Shown: piece after piece, positions 1 to 8,106 of the stretch
Layout of the letters: each line of letters begins with the position of its first letter
How positions within the stretch are numbered: the first letter of the stretch is position 1
Assembly (NCBI GenBank): GCA_016213755.1
Contig: JACQZT010000200.1
Coordinates: 2,710 to 66,709 of the forward strand
Direction of reading: 5' to 3'
DNA length: 64,000 nt
From: Acidobacteriota bacterium
GTDB lineage: Bacteria; Acidobacteriota; Terriglobia; Bryobacterales; Bryobacteraceae
Position numbers and translations under genes: made by a program
The notes under the pieces: generated by a model
The model's database searches: none
What the model saw: the letters and a program-made list of their open reading frames with translations, nothing else
Told to the model about the DNA's origin: nothing

Positions 1-1826
1 AACATCACCACGCGCCGCAGGTGGCCGTCGATCATGCCGCCTTCCTTCACGCTGGCCGAGAGCATGGCGAACTCCTGCCCGTCGCCGCGCCAGTTCACGG
101 GCAGGATCGGGCTGCCCGAGTGGATCGGCTCGCCCTGCTCGATCACCCGCCCCTCGGGATCGAACAGCGTCACGATGCCCGGGTTGCGCCAAAAGTTGAT
201 GCTCATCAGTTGCAGCCCCGCCAGCTCCGGCCGGTACTTGGCCACGCTGGGGCTCTGGGTGTGGCCCGCGCGCACCCGCACCTCGACCTGGCCCTTCAGG
301 TTGCTCATGATGAAGCCTTCGTCGCTGGCGAACATGTAGCTGCGGATGGGGCCCTTCGGATTGCCGCTGAAATTGCCCAGCACGATGCCGTCGGAGTGGT
401 CGCCCACTTGCTCGTCGAGCGACCAGAGCTTCTTGCCGTCTGGCGCGAACATCGAGTAACCGATAACCATCTCCTCGCGGCCGTCGCCGTCGGTATCCAG
501 CGAGTAGGGGAAGTGGCCCGTGTTGCACTGGTTCCACCACAACTGCTTCAGGTTGCTGTCGAAGACCCAGAAAGTGCGGTAGCGGTCCTTGACCACGATC
601 TCGCGCTGCGCCTTGCGTCCCGCGAAGTCGGCGAAATAGATCGAGTCGCCGACCTCCAGCTCGTACGGCCGATCCTTGTTGTCCTTGGGCGCTTCGGGCA
701 TCCAAACCCACTTCTTCACCTTGCCGGTCTGGCCCTCCAGGATCTGGATCTTGAAGTCCTTGACCATTACGACCTCGCTGGCCCCGTCGCCGTCAATGTC
801 GTGAATCTGGAAGGGCGTGTCGTTGGCCAGCGTGTCGTTGTAGGGATCCGGGCGGCCAACCTGCCAAAGCACCTTGCCGTCCAGGTTCAAAGCGGTCAGG
901 CAACTGATATGGTCGAACGAGTTTTTGGACGCCTTGCGGACGTTCTGCGCGATGAGCATGTCCAGCTTGCCGTCGCCGTCCAGGTCGCCGAAGCGCACGT
1001 TGCGGCCGGCGCCGAAGCGCGGCGTGTCGAATTTCTTCCACAACTTCGGTTTCGGATTCGCGGCGCGCAGCTTCGCCAATTCCGCCTCGCGGGCGGCGAT
1101 GCGCGCGCGGATCTGCTTCTCGACCCCGTCCGCCGCGCTCACGCGCACGCCGGTGAAGCGGGCCGGGATGTTCGAGGTTACCCCAACCTTGCCTTTGAGA
1201 ATCTCACCGTCAGTGGCCTCGACCAGCAGCTTGCCGTCGATAAACGCACGAATCTTCGGCCCGTCGTTTTCCACCTTCAGCGTGTAGTAGCGCTTGGAGT
1301 CGTAGGCAAATTCGGCCGCGCCCAGCTCTTTCCACTCCGCGATGCGGGTCTTCTTCTCGTAGGGCAGCCGCAGGCGCAGCACCGCCCGGTTGCCGCCGGT
1401 GAGGGCGAACAGGTAGTAGTGCCGGTTGGTGCGGTAGCGGAACGCCAGGCCGGCGAAGTTGGCATTGGAGAAGGCGCGCACCTTGACTTCCAGCGTGTAG
1501 TCGAACCACTCCGGGTCGCCGGCGATCATGAGCGGATTCATGTTGCGGCCATGCTGCGAGTTGACGGTGTGCTGTTCCAGGTAGGTCTTGCCGTCCTCGT
1601 CGCCGCCGGCCCACACGTCGTCGTGGCAAATGGCGTCCTCCCAGGGGGCCACCGGCACTCCGCGGTGCGGCAGGTAGTGATACTCCTGGATGGCGTTGGT
1701 CAGTTGCTTGACCGGCTCGGAGAAGATCCGCGGCGGGAAGCGCGAGAAATCGTCGCGAAACAGATCGGCCGCCATGGCCAGCGGCGCCAGCAGAAGGAGA
1801 GTCGAAATTCGCAGTCGCGGAGTCAT
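1..1826 (-). CDS. Secreted LamG/DUF1080-like + FG-GAP/VCBS beta-propeller protein. The C-terminus runs off the left edge. Not present in the supplied ORF track.
   Basis: Hand translation of the reverse strand from ATG at 1826-1824 gives MTPRLRISTLLLLAPLAMAADLFRDDF (signal peptide). Next comes FDYTLEVKVRAF..FAGLAFRY..YYLFAL..YYTLKVENDGPKIRAFIDGKLL, which is jelly-roll/DUF1080-like. Then come Ca-binding FG-GAP-type repeats FGDLDGDGKLDMLIAQ, IHDIDGDGASEVV and SLDTDGDGREEMVIG. The frame stays open to base 1 and third positions are G/C-rich. ORF 21..2051(+) is its antisense shadow. Confidence 0.75.
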   Translation of the reverse strand, partial: MTPRLRISTLLLLAPLAMAADLFRDDFSRFPPRIFSEPVKQLTNAIQEYHYLPHRGVPVAPWEDAICHDDVWAGGDEDGKTYLEQHTVNSQHGRNMNPLMIAGDPEWFDYTLEVKVRAFSNANFAGLAFRYRTNRHYYLFALTGGNRAVLRLRLPYEKKTRIAEWKELGAAEFAYDSKRYYTLKVENDGPKIRAFIDGKLLVEATDGEILKGKVGVTSNIPARFTGVRVSAADGVEKQIRARIAAREAELAKLRAANPKPKLWKKFDTPRFGAGRNVRFGDLDGDGKLDMLIAQNVRKASKNSFDHISCLTALNLDGKVLWQVGRPDPYNDTLANDTPFQIHDIDGDGASEVVMVKDFKIQILEGQTGKVKKWVWMPEAPKDNKDRPYELEVGDSIYFADFAGRKAQREIVVKDRYRTFWVFDSNLKQLWWNQCNTGHFPYSLDTDGDGREEMVIGYSMFAPDGKKLWSLDEQVGDHSDGIVLGNFSGNPKGPIRSYMFASDEGFIMSNLKGQVEVRVRAGHTQSPSVAKYRPELAGLQLMSINFWRNPGIVTLFDPEGRVIEQGEPIHSGSPILPVNWRGDGQEFAMLSASVKEGGMIDGHLRRVVM

Positions 1827-2014
1827 GCTTGGCACAGTGTACGATTCCCGGGCGCACATTTCAAATTCGGACTGCAATGCGTGGCGCCCTTCTTCCCCCG
1901 CGCGCAGCTTTCGTGTTCCGTGGCCGCCGGCGTGTGCGTTGTGTTGCGCCCGCAGCATCTGGTATTAGTGACATCTTGGCCGGAGCAACTGCAAGATGCC
2001 GGTGCGGCGGGCGC

Positions 2015-2314
2015 ATGGTGCGTGTGCGACGGAAAGGCGTCGAACGCCTGATGTTCTCCGCCGCCTACCGGTGCTTGGGCTGCGAGTTAAGACTTTTGGT
2101 CCCCAGGCCAATCCGGCGCTTCTTCTCGCTGAAGTGCCGCTGCCCGCGCTGCTGGGGGGGCGACGTGCACCGTTTTGAGGAACTCGACGAGATCGAGCGG
2201 TTGTACAGGAATCCGATCAGCCTGCTCCAGGCGCTGTTCGGAGCGCCGCTCTACTGGTGCCCGTTCTGCCGCTTGCAGTTCTACGATTTCAGGAAGCGCG
2301 CCGGCAAAGGGTAG
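2015..2314 (+). CDS. Small Cys-rich zinc-ribbon-like protein (about 99 aa), function unknown
   Basis: C-terminal part of ORF 1829..2314. ATG at 2015 (alternative ATG at 2051). Paired Cys motifs CLGC ... CRCPRC ... CPFC. G/C-rich third codon positions support coding. Confidence 0.5.
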   Translation: MVRVRRKGVERLMFSAAYRCLGCELRLLVPRPIRRFFSLKCRCPRCWGGDVHRFEELDEIERLYRNPISLLQALFGAPLYWCPFCRLQFYDFRKRAGKG

Positions 2315-2454
2315 CAGGCACTTCGGCCCGGCGACTCCGCGGTGAGCATGCTTTTGCGGTGAATGAGTGCGGAGCGGTCCGTCCGGCTTGCGGCCGAATT
2401 CCTAATGCGACTCCGGCATCTGATATACTCGCCTCCGAAAGCGGGAGTGATCCA

Positions 2455-3090
2455 ATGCGACCTCGATCATTGCTGTTCTGTATCCCCTTGCTGGCCGCCG
2501 CGGCGGCCGCTCAAGATCTCAAGCCCATCGAATTGCCCAAGCCTCAGACCGAAGGCGGAATGCCTCTGATGCAGGCGCTGAAGGCGAGAGCCTCCGCGCG
2601 GGAGTTCAGCGCGGAAAAGCTCCCGCCCCAGACGCTTTCAAACCTGCTGTGGGCCGCCTGGGGAGTCAACCGCCCGGACGGCCGGCGCACGGCTCCTTCG
2701 GCCAGCAACCGGCAGGAGATCGACATCTACGTCGCGCTTCCCGAGGGCCTGTTCCTGTACGACGCCAAGGCCCACCAGTTGCAGCCCGTTGTTGCCGGGG
2801 ATCTTCGCGGTAAGACCGGCAGCCAGGCCTGGGTGAGCGAGGCGGCCCTCAACCTGGTTTACGTGGCCGACTACGCCAAAATGGGGAAGGGTTCCGACCA
2901 GGACAAGGCTCCGATGGCGGGCGCCGACACCGGCTTCATCAGCCAGAACGTCTACCTGTACTGCGCTTCCGAGGGCCTGGCGACGGTGGTCCGGGCCGGC
3001 GTGAACCGGGACGCTCTGGCCCCCGCCATGATACTGCGCCCGGAGCAGAAGATCGTCCTGGCGCAAACCGTAGGCTTTCCGAAGAAATGA
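2455..3090 (+). CDS. Nitroreductase-family (SagB/ThcOx-like fold) protein with N-terminal signal peptide
   Basis: Internal ATG of ORF 2257..3090, preceded by GGGAG. MRPRSLLFCIPLLAAAAAAQD is a signal peptide. Nitroreductase-like blocks: LSNLLWAAWGVNR, SASNRQEIDIYV, GFISQNVYLYCASEGLATV. Confidence 0.8.
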   Translation: MRPRSLLFCIPLLAAAAAAQDLKPIELPKPQTEGGMPLMQALKARASAREFSAEKLPPQTLSNLLWAAWGVNRPDGRRTAPSASNRQEIDIYVALPEGLFLYDAKAHQLQPVVAGDLRGKTGSQAWVSEAALNLVYVADYAKMGKGSDQDKAPMAGADTGFISQNVYLYCASEGLATVVRAGVNRDALAPAMILRPEQKIVLAQTVGFPKK

Positions 3091-3135
3091 TGTAGAATAC
3101 CGAGAGTCCTTCGGGACGATTGGGAGGGCGTACGG

Positions 3136-6100
3136 ATGTCTGGGGTTCGTGCAGCTCGTCTTGTTCTTTTTCTTTCCGCCGGGATGCTCGCCGGCGGCCT
3201 GTGGGCGCAAACGGCGGGAACCGGGACCCTGGTCGGAACGGTGACCGACACCACCGGCGCGATCGTCGCCGGCGCCAAAGTCAGGGTCGTCAGCGTGGAG
3301 ACGTCCTTTGTTTCCGAAACCGTAACCTCGCCGGAAGGCTCCTACTACACGCCCTACCTGGCGCCCGGCGTCTACCGCCTGACGGTGGAAGCGGCCGGCT
3401 TCAAGCGCCACGTGCGCGACGGCATACAGATTCGCACCTCGGAGGTTCCGCGCGTCGACGTGCAGCTCGAAGTGGGCGCGCTCACCGAAAGCATCAACGT
3501 GACTGGAGCGCCGCCGCTGCTGGAGACCGAAACATCTTCCTCGGGCCAGATTCTCTCGGGCGACGTGTTGCTGAAGATCCCCCTGTCGCAGAAGCGCTCC
3601 ATCCGCATGATGTACTACTACCCGGGCACCAGCTCCATGAGCGGTTACCACGTGCTCGGACAGCGGCAAAACATGATCGGCTACACGGTGGACGGCGTAA
3701 ACGGAAAGGAGCCCGGCACGCAGAGCGTGGGCGGAACCGACGACCAGATCTCGACCACGCAGGACGCCTTCGAGGAAGTGAAAGTGCATACCACTGGCGT
3801 GCCGGCCGAGTACGGGCACGCGGCGGGCGGGCTGATGTCGATCGTTTTCAAGTCCGGCGCCAACCAGTTCCACGGATCGGGCGAAGACCGCTACATCGGC
3901 AAGACCATGATCCACCGCTCCTATCTTGAACAGTTGCGGTCCACCAACCCTTTCACCTACCACGAAACCAGTTTTCTGGGCACCGGCCCGGTTCTGCTGC
4001 CGAAGGTCTATAACGGCCGCGACCGCACTTTCTGGCTGTTCGGCTGGGAGCGCCACCGCGAAATCGGGGGCACCACCGCGGCGCGGACGGCCGTTCCCAC
4101 CGCCGGGATGTACAACGGCGATTTCTCGTTCGGCGGACAAACCAGCCCGCGTCCGCTGCCGGTCTACAATCCGTTCACGACCCGGCAAGAGGGCGCCAAC
4201 TGGCTGCGCGATCCATTCCCCAACAACGTGATCCCCAAGAGCCTGTTCGACCCCGCTGTGCTGAAGTTCCTGGCCAAGAACCCTTTCACGGCGCCCAACC
4301 AGGCTGGAATCCCCAGCGCGACCGGCCCCGCCGAAAACCTGGTCATGAACCAGGAGAAGCGGATCCGCCGGACCCGCATGGACATCAAGATCGACCACCA
4401 GTTCACCCCCAGTCACAAGGTCTTCGGCCGCTACTCCGAGGCGCGCCACCGGGCCTGGAAAGGCGACTACCAGGCGCAGTTCGCCTGGCGCGAGATCGAC
4501 CCCAACGCGCAGTTGGCGCCGGTCGACCAGCGGAACGTGGTTTTCTCGGACATGATGATTCTCGGCCCTACGATGAACAACGAGCTTCGAGCCGGCTACA
4601 ACCGCCGCGCCCGTTTCGAGACGGCCCTCACCAAGGACCAGGACTGGGCAAAACAGCTCGGCATCCCCAATGTCGCCGGCTCCACCTTTCCGAACTTCAA
4701 CATCGGCTTCGGGCTGAGCGGATTGTCGAGCTTCCAGAACGTCGGCGACGACTTCACTCTCCAGGACAACTTCACCCGCATCAGCGGCAAGCACGCCGTC
4801 AAGCTGGGGTACGAACTGATTCGCACGCGCTACAACGCCACCGTGGCGGTGCTCCCCAGCGGCACTTACAACTTCGGCGGGACCAATGCGCCCTTTGTCC
4901 CCAACACGGGCCAGACCTTCGCTTCGTTCCTGCTGGGGACCGTCACCAGCGCCACCTACACCCAGAGTTTCGCCAGTTGGCTGCCGCGCTGGTGGTCGCA
5001 CCAGTGGTACATCCAGGACGACTGGAAGCCGCGCAGCGGACTGACGCTGAACCTGGGCCTGCGCTGGTCCTACGAGAGCCCGTTTCAGACCAAGTACGGA
5101 CAGAACTCGCAATACGATCCGGCGGCCAAGGATCCGATCACGGGGCGGACCGGCGCCATTGGTCACCAGCCCGGACCCTTCGCCAAGAAGGACTTGAATA
5201 ACTTCGCGCCGCGCGTAGGACTGGCCTGGAGCTTCCGCCCGAAATGGGTGCTGCGTTCCTCGTTCGGCGTCATCCACCAGGACATCTTCACGGTCGGCAC
5301 CGGCATCCTCTTCGAGGAATACCTCGCCACGGCCACCATCCAGGCGCCGACCGGCGACCCGCGCCACGTCTTCCGCCTCTCCGACGGGCCGCCGAGTTTC
5401 CAGTACCGCCTTCAGCCGGATGGTTCGGTGCCTTTCATAGGGTCGAATTACTCTTCGCGGACGGCAAGCTGGTGGGATCCCGGCATGCGCCTGCCCTACG
5501 TGATGAACTGGTCGGGCGGAGTGCAGTGGCAGTTTTCCGGCAACTGGCTGCTGGAGACGGTCTACCAGGGGCAGTCCGGCGTGGGCCTGGTCAACAGTTG
5601 GGACACCAACGCCATCCCGCTGGATGTCTCGCGCGACACAACCGTGCTGAACCAGATCTTCCAGGCCACCCAGAACTACAAACCGTCCACTCAATTCGGC
5701 GCGGTGAACCTGTACTCCAACTACGGCCACAACTCGCATCACTCGGGCACGCTGCGCGTGGAAAAGCGCTACTCGTCGGGCCTGAGCTTCAACTCCTTCT
5801 ACACGCTGGGAAAGACCCTGGCGGAAACCGACGCGGAAGGCGGCGGAGGCGGCATCACCTACTACAACCGCCGCCTGGAGAAGGCGCGCGCCAACTACGA
5901 CCTGCGCCACCGTTTCGTCAGCGTCATGAGCTACGAACTCCCCTTCGGCAAGGGGCGGCACTGGTTGAATTCGGGCGGGCTGAAGAACCATCTGGCCGGC
6001 GGCTGGGACATCACCTGGGTGCAGACGTTCCAGTCGGGCACGCCGCTCAACGTCTCCTTCACCGGCAGCCCGAACCGCTATCTGCCGGGCTCGTCGCGCC

Positions 6101-6507
6101 CCAATCTCCCCGGCGGCGCGGGGAGCGCGCGGGTGGAGAATTGGGCCATCGGCCCCAACCGTTTCCCGACCTCGGCGCAGAATCCGTACCTGAACTTCAG
6201 CGCTTTCTCCTACCCGGATGCGTTCTCCGCCGGCACGCTGGGCCGCAACATGTTCGAAGGGCCGGGGCTGAACTGGACCCAGATTTCGCTCTCCAAGTGG
6301 TGGAAGTTCGGCGAACGCTACCGGTTCCAGCTTCGCTTCGACGGCAACAACTTCCCGTTCAAACAGCCCAACTTCTCGAACCCCAACTCCAGTTACAATC
6401 GCAACAGCCCGGGCACGTTCGGGCGCATGACCGGGGTTCAGGGATCGTTCTCCAACATCGGCAGCGGGAGACCGAACCTCTACCTCATCGGGCGATTCGA
6501 GTTCTGA
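3136..6507 (+). CDS. TonB-dependent outer-membrane receptor with N-terminal carboxypeptidase-regulatory-like domain
   Basis: Signal peptide, then GTLVGTVTDTTGAIVAGAKVRVV...SPEGSYYTPYLAPGVYRLTVEAAGFK (CarboxypepD_reg). A plug-like region follows, then a long beta-barrel ending in the aromatic terminus ...YLIGRFEF. Confidence 0.9.
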   Translation: MSGVRAARLVLFLSAGMLAGGLWAQTAGTGTLVGTVTDTTGAIVAGAKVRVVSVETSFVSETVTSPEGSYYTPYLAPGVYRLTVEAAGFKRHVRDGIQIRTSEVPRVDVQLEVGALTESINVTGAPPLLETETSSSGQILSGDVLLKIPLSQKRSIRMMYYYPGTSSMSGYHVLGQRQNMIGYTVDGVNGKEPGTQSVGGTDDQISTTQDAFEEVKVHTTGVPAEYGHAAGGLMSIVFKSGANQFHGSGEDRYIGKTMIHRSYLEQLRSTNPFTYHETSFLGTGPVLLPKVYNGRDRTFWLFGWERHREIGGTTAARTAVPTAGMYNGDFSFGGQTSPRPLPVYNPFTTRQEGANWLRDPFPNNVIPKSLFDPAVLKFLAKNPFTAPNQAGIPSATGPAENLVMNQEKRIRRTRMDIKIDHQFTPSHKVFGRYSEARHRAWKGDYQAQFAWREIDPNAQLAPVDQRNVVFSDMMILGPTMNNELRAGYNRRARFETALTKDQDWAKQLGIPNVAGSTFPNFNIGFGLSGLSSFQNVGDDFTLQDNFTRISGKHAVKLGYELIRTRYNATVAVLPSGTYNFGGTNAPFVPNTGQTFASFLLGTVTSATYTQSFASWLPRWWSHQWYIQDDWKPRSGLTLNLGLRWSYESPFQTKYGQNSQYDPAAKDPITGRTGAIGHQPGPFAKKDLNNFAPRVGLAWSFRPKWVLRSSFGVIHQDIFTVGTGILFEEYLATATIQAPTGDPRHVFRLSDGPPSFQYRLQPDGSVPFIGSNYSSRTASWWDPGMRLPYVMNWSGGVQWQFSGNWLLETVYQGQSGVGLVNSWDTNAIPLDVSRDTTVLNQIFQATQNYKPSTQFGAVNLYSNYGHNSHHSGTLRVEKRYSSGLSFNSFYTLGKTLAETDAEGGGGGITYYNRRLEKARANYDLRHRFVSVMSYELPFGKGRHWLNSGGLKNHLAGGWDITWVQTFQSGTPLNVSFTGSPNRYLPGSSRPNLPGGAGSARVENWAIGPNRFPTSAQNPYLNFSAFSYPDAFSAGTLGRNMFEGPGLNWTQISLSKWWKFGERYRFQLRFDGNNFPFKQPNFSNPNSSYNRNSPGTFGRMTGVQGSFSNIGSGRPNLYLIGRFEF

Positions 6508-6533
6508 TCCTTGGAGTCCGCGAAAGGAGAATC

Positions 6534-7892
6534 ATGACCCGACGAGAATGGCTGGGCGCAGGTTCGGCGCTGGTCCTGAACGCAGCCGCGCCGCGCCGGC
6601 CGAACATCGTCCTGCTGCTGGCCGACGACCTGGGCTCCGGAGACCTGAGTTCCTACGGCTGCCCGGACATCCGCACCCCGCACGCCGATTCCATCGGCGC
6701 CGGCGGCGTGCGCTTCACGCAATTCTATTCCAACGGTCCCGAATGCAGCCCCACGCGCACGGCGCTGCTGACCGGGCGCTACCAGCAGCGCGCCGGAGGG
6801 ATGGAATGCGCTCTGGGCGTGGGCGGCGTGGGGCGCTACGACGAGGCCATCTGGCTCCAGAAGCAGGGAGAACTGGGCCTGCCGGTTTCCGAGACCTCGC
6901 TGGCGGCGATGCTCAAGGCGCGGGGCTACGACACGGCCTGCTTCGGCAAGTGGCACCTCGGTTACCGCGACAAGTTCTGGCCCAACCGCCACGGCTTCGA
7001 CGAGTACTTCGGAATCCTGGGAGGCAATGCGGACTACTTCACGCACAAGGAGGAAGGGGAAAACGGAGTCGCTTTTCTCTATCACAACACCGAACGCGTC
7101 ACCCGTCCCGGCTACACCACCGACCTGTTCGTCGAAGAGAGCATCCGCTGGCTCAAGGGACGCTCGCGCAATCCCTTCTTCCTCTACCTGCCCTTTAACG
7201 CCCCGCACGCGCCCATACAGGACCCCGACGGCTTCGACCCGAAAACCGGCACCGCGCCGGTGCGACAAGGACACCGGCCGATCTACGCCAAAATGGTCGA
7301 GCGCATGGACCGCGGCGTGGGCGCCGTGCTGGCGCAACTCGGCGCCATGGGCGCCGCCGATAACACCATCGTGCTGTTCCTGAGCGACAACGGCGGCGAC
7401 GCCAACGGCCGCAACGAACCCCTGCGCGGCAAGAAGAGTTCGCTCTGGGAAGGCGGCATCCGCGTTCCCTGCCTGGTCCGCTGGCCGGGCGTGCTGCCGG
7501 CGGGAAAAACCACCCGGCAGGTGGGCCTGACCATGGACCTGTTGCCCACCCTGCTGGCCGCCGCGGGAGCGAAGGCGCCGATTGGGCGCAAGCTGGACGG
7601 TGCGGACCTGCTGCCGGTGCTGAAAGGCCAAAAGCCGGCCTTCTCCCGCACCGTCTTCTGGCGCTTCAAACGCGGAGACCGGGTGCGCAAAGCGGTTCGA
7701 GACGGCGACCTGAAGTACGTCGCCGGCGATGGCAAAGAGGAGTTACACAACCTCGCCCAGGACGAGCGCGAACAGAAGGACCTGCTGGCCGGCTCCGGCG
7801 CCGACGCCGGGCGCCTGAAGGCCAAGCTAGCCGCCTGGGAGCGCGACGTGATGGCCCCGCGCCTGAAGCCATTCCGCGGCGAGCCGGGGTAG
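6534..7892 (+). CDS. Arylsulfatase (formylglycine-dependent sulfatase family)
   Basis: ATG at 6534 preceded by AAGGAGA, in frame with ORF 5244..7892. NIVLLLADDLGSGDL and the CSPTRTALLTGRY (C-x-P-x-R) active-site motif. The upstream 5244..6533 part of the ORF overlaps the TonB receptor out of frame and is discarded. Confidence 0.9.
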   Translation: MTRREWLGAGSALVLNAAAPRRPNIVLLLADDLGSGDLSSYGCPDIRTPHADSIGAGGVRFTQFYSNGPECSPTRTALLTGRYQQRAGGMECALGVGGVGRYDEAIWLQKQGELGLPVSETSLAAMLKARGYDTACFGKWHLGYRDKFWPNRHGFDEYFGILGGNADYFTHKEEGENGVAFLYHNTERVTRPGYTTDLFVEESIRWLKGRSRNPFFLYLPFNAPHAPIQDPDGFDPKTGTAPVRQGHRPIYAKMVERMDRGVGAVLAQLGAMGAADNTIVLFLSDNGGDANGRNEPLRGKKSSLWEGGIRVPCLVRWPGVLPAGKTTRQVGLTMDLLPTLLAAAGAKAPIGRKLDGADLLPVLKGQKPAFSRTVFWRFKRGDRVRKAVRDGDLKYVAGDGKEELHNLAQDEREQKDLLAGSGADAGRLKAKLAAWERDVMAPRLKPFRGEPG

Positions 7893-8106
7893 GCGCGGCA
7901 TAATCCTGCGAATCTCAGTACACCCTCACCCAGCCTGAAGCCGTGAAGATGCTCCGGCTGAACCGGGGCGCCGAAGGCGCGATCCTCCGCGTGAGTCCGA
8001 TCTGTTTGCAGAATCATGGCACTCCGGTCTGGTTCCGCGACCTCAAGGTGCGCCGGATTGAGGCGGGCGCCAATCGCGATACGATGTAGGTATCGGAGGT
8101 TTCCCG

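Noticed and set aside
21-2051. 676-aa plus-strand ORF covering the left edge
   Set aside because: It is the antisense shadow of the hand-translated minus-strand propeller gene. Its composition is dominated by A/R/G/V/H/L runs with no domain-like blocks, while the opposite strand shows a signal peptide and FG-GAP repeats.
2638-5991. 1117-aa minus-strand ORF
   Set aside because: It is antisense to the well-supported nitroreductase-like and TonB-receptor genes. It has the R/A/G/P-rich, low-complexity composition typical of high-GC shadow ORFs.
5244-6533. N-terminal 430 codons of the 882-aa ORF 5244..7892
   Set aside because: It overlaps the TonB receptor out of frame. The sulfatase domain, signal sequence and an AAGGAGA RBS all begin at 6534.
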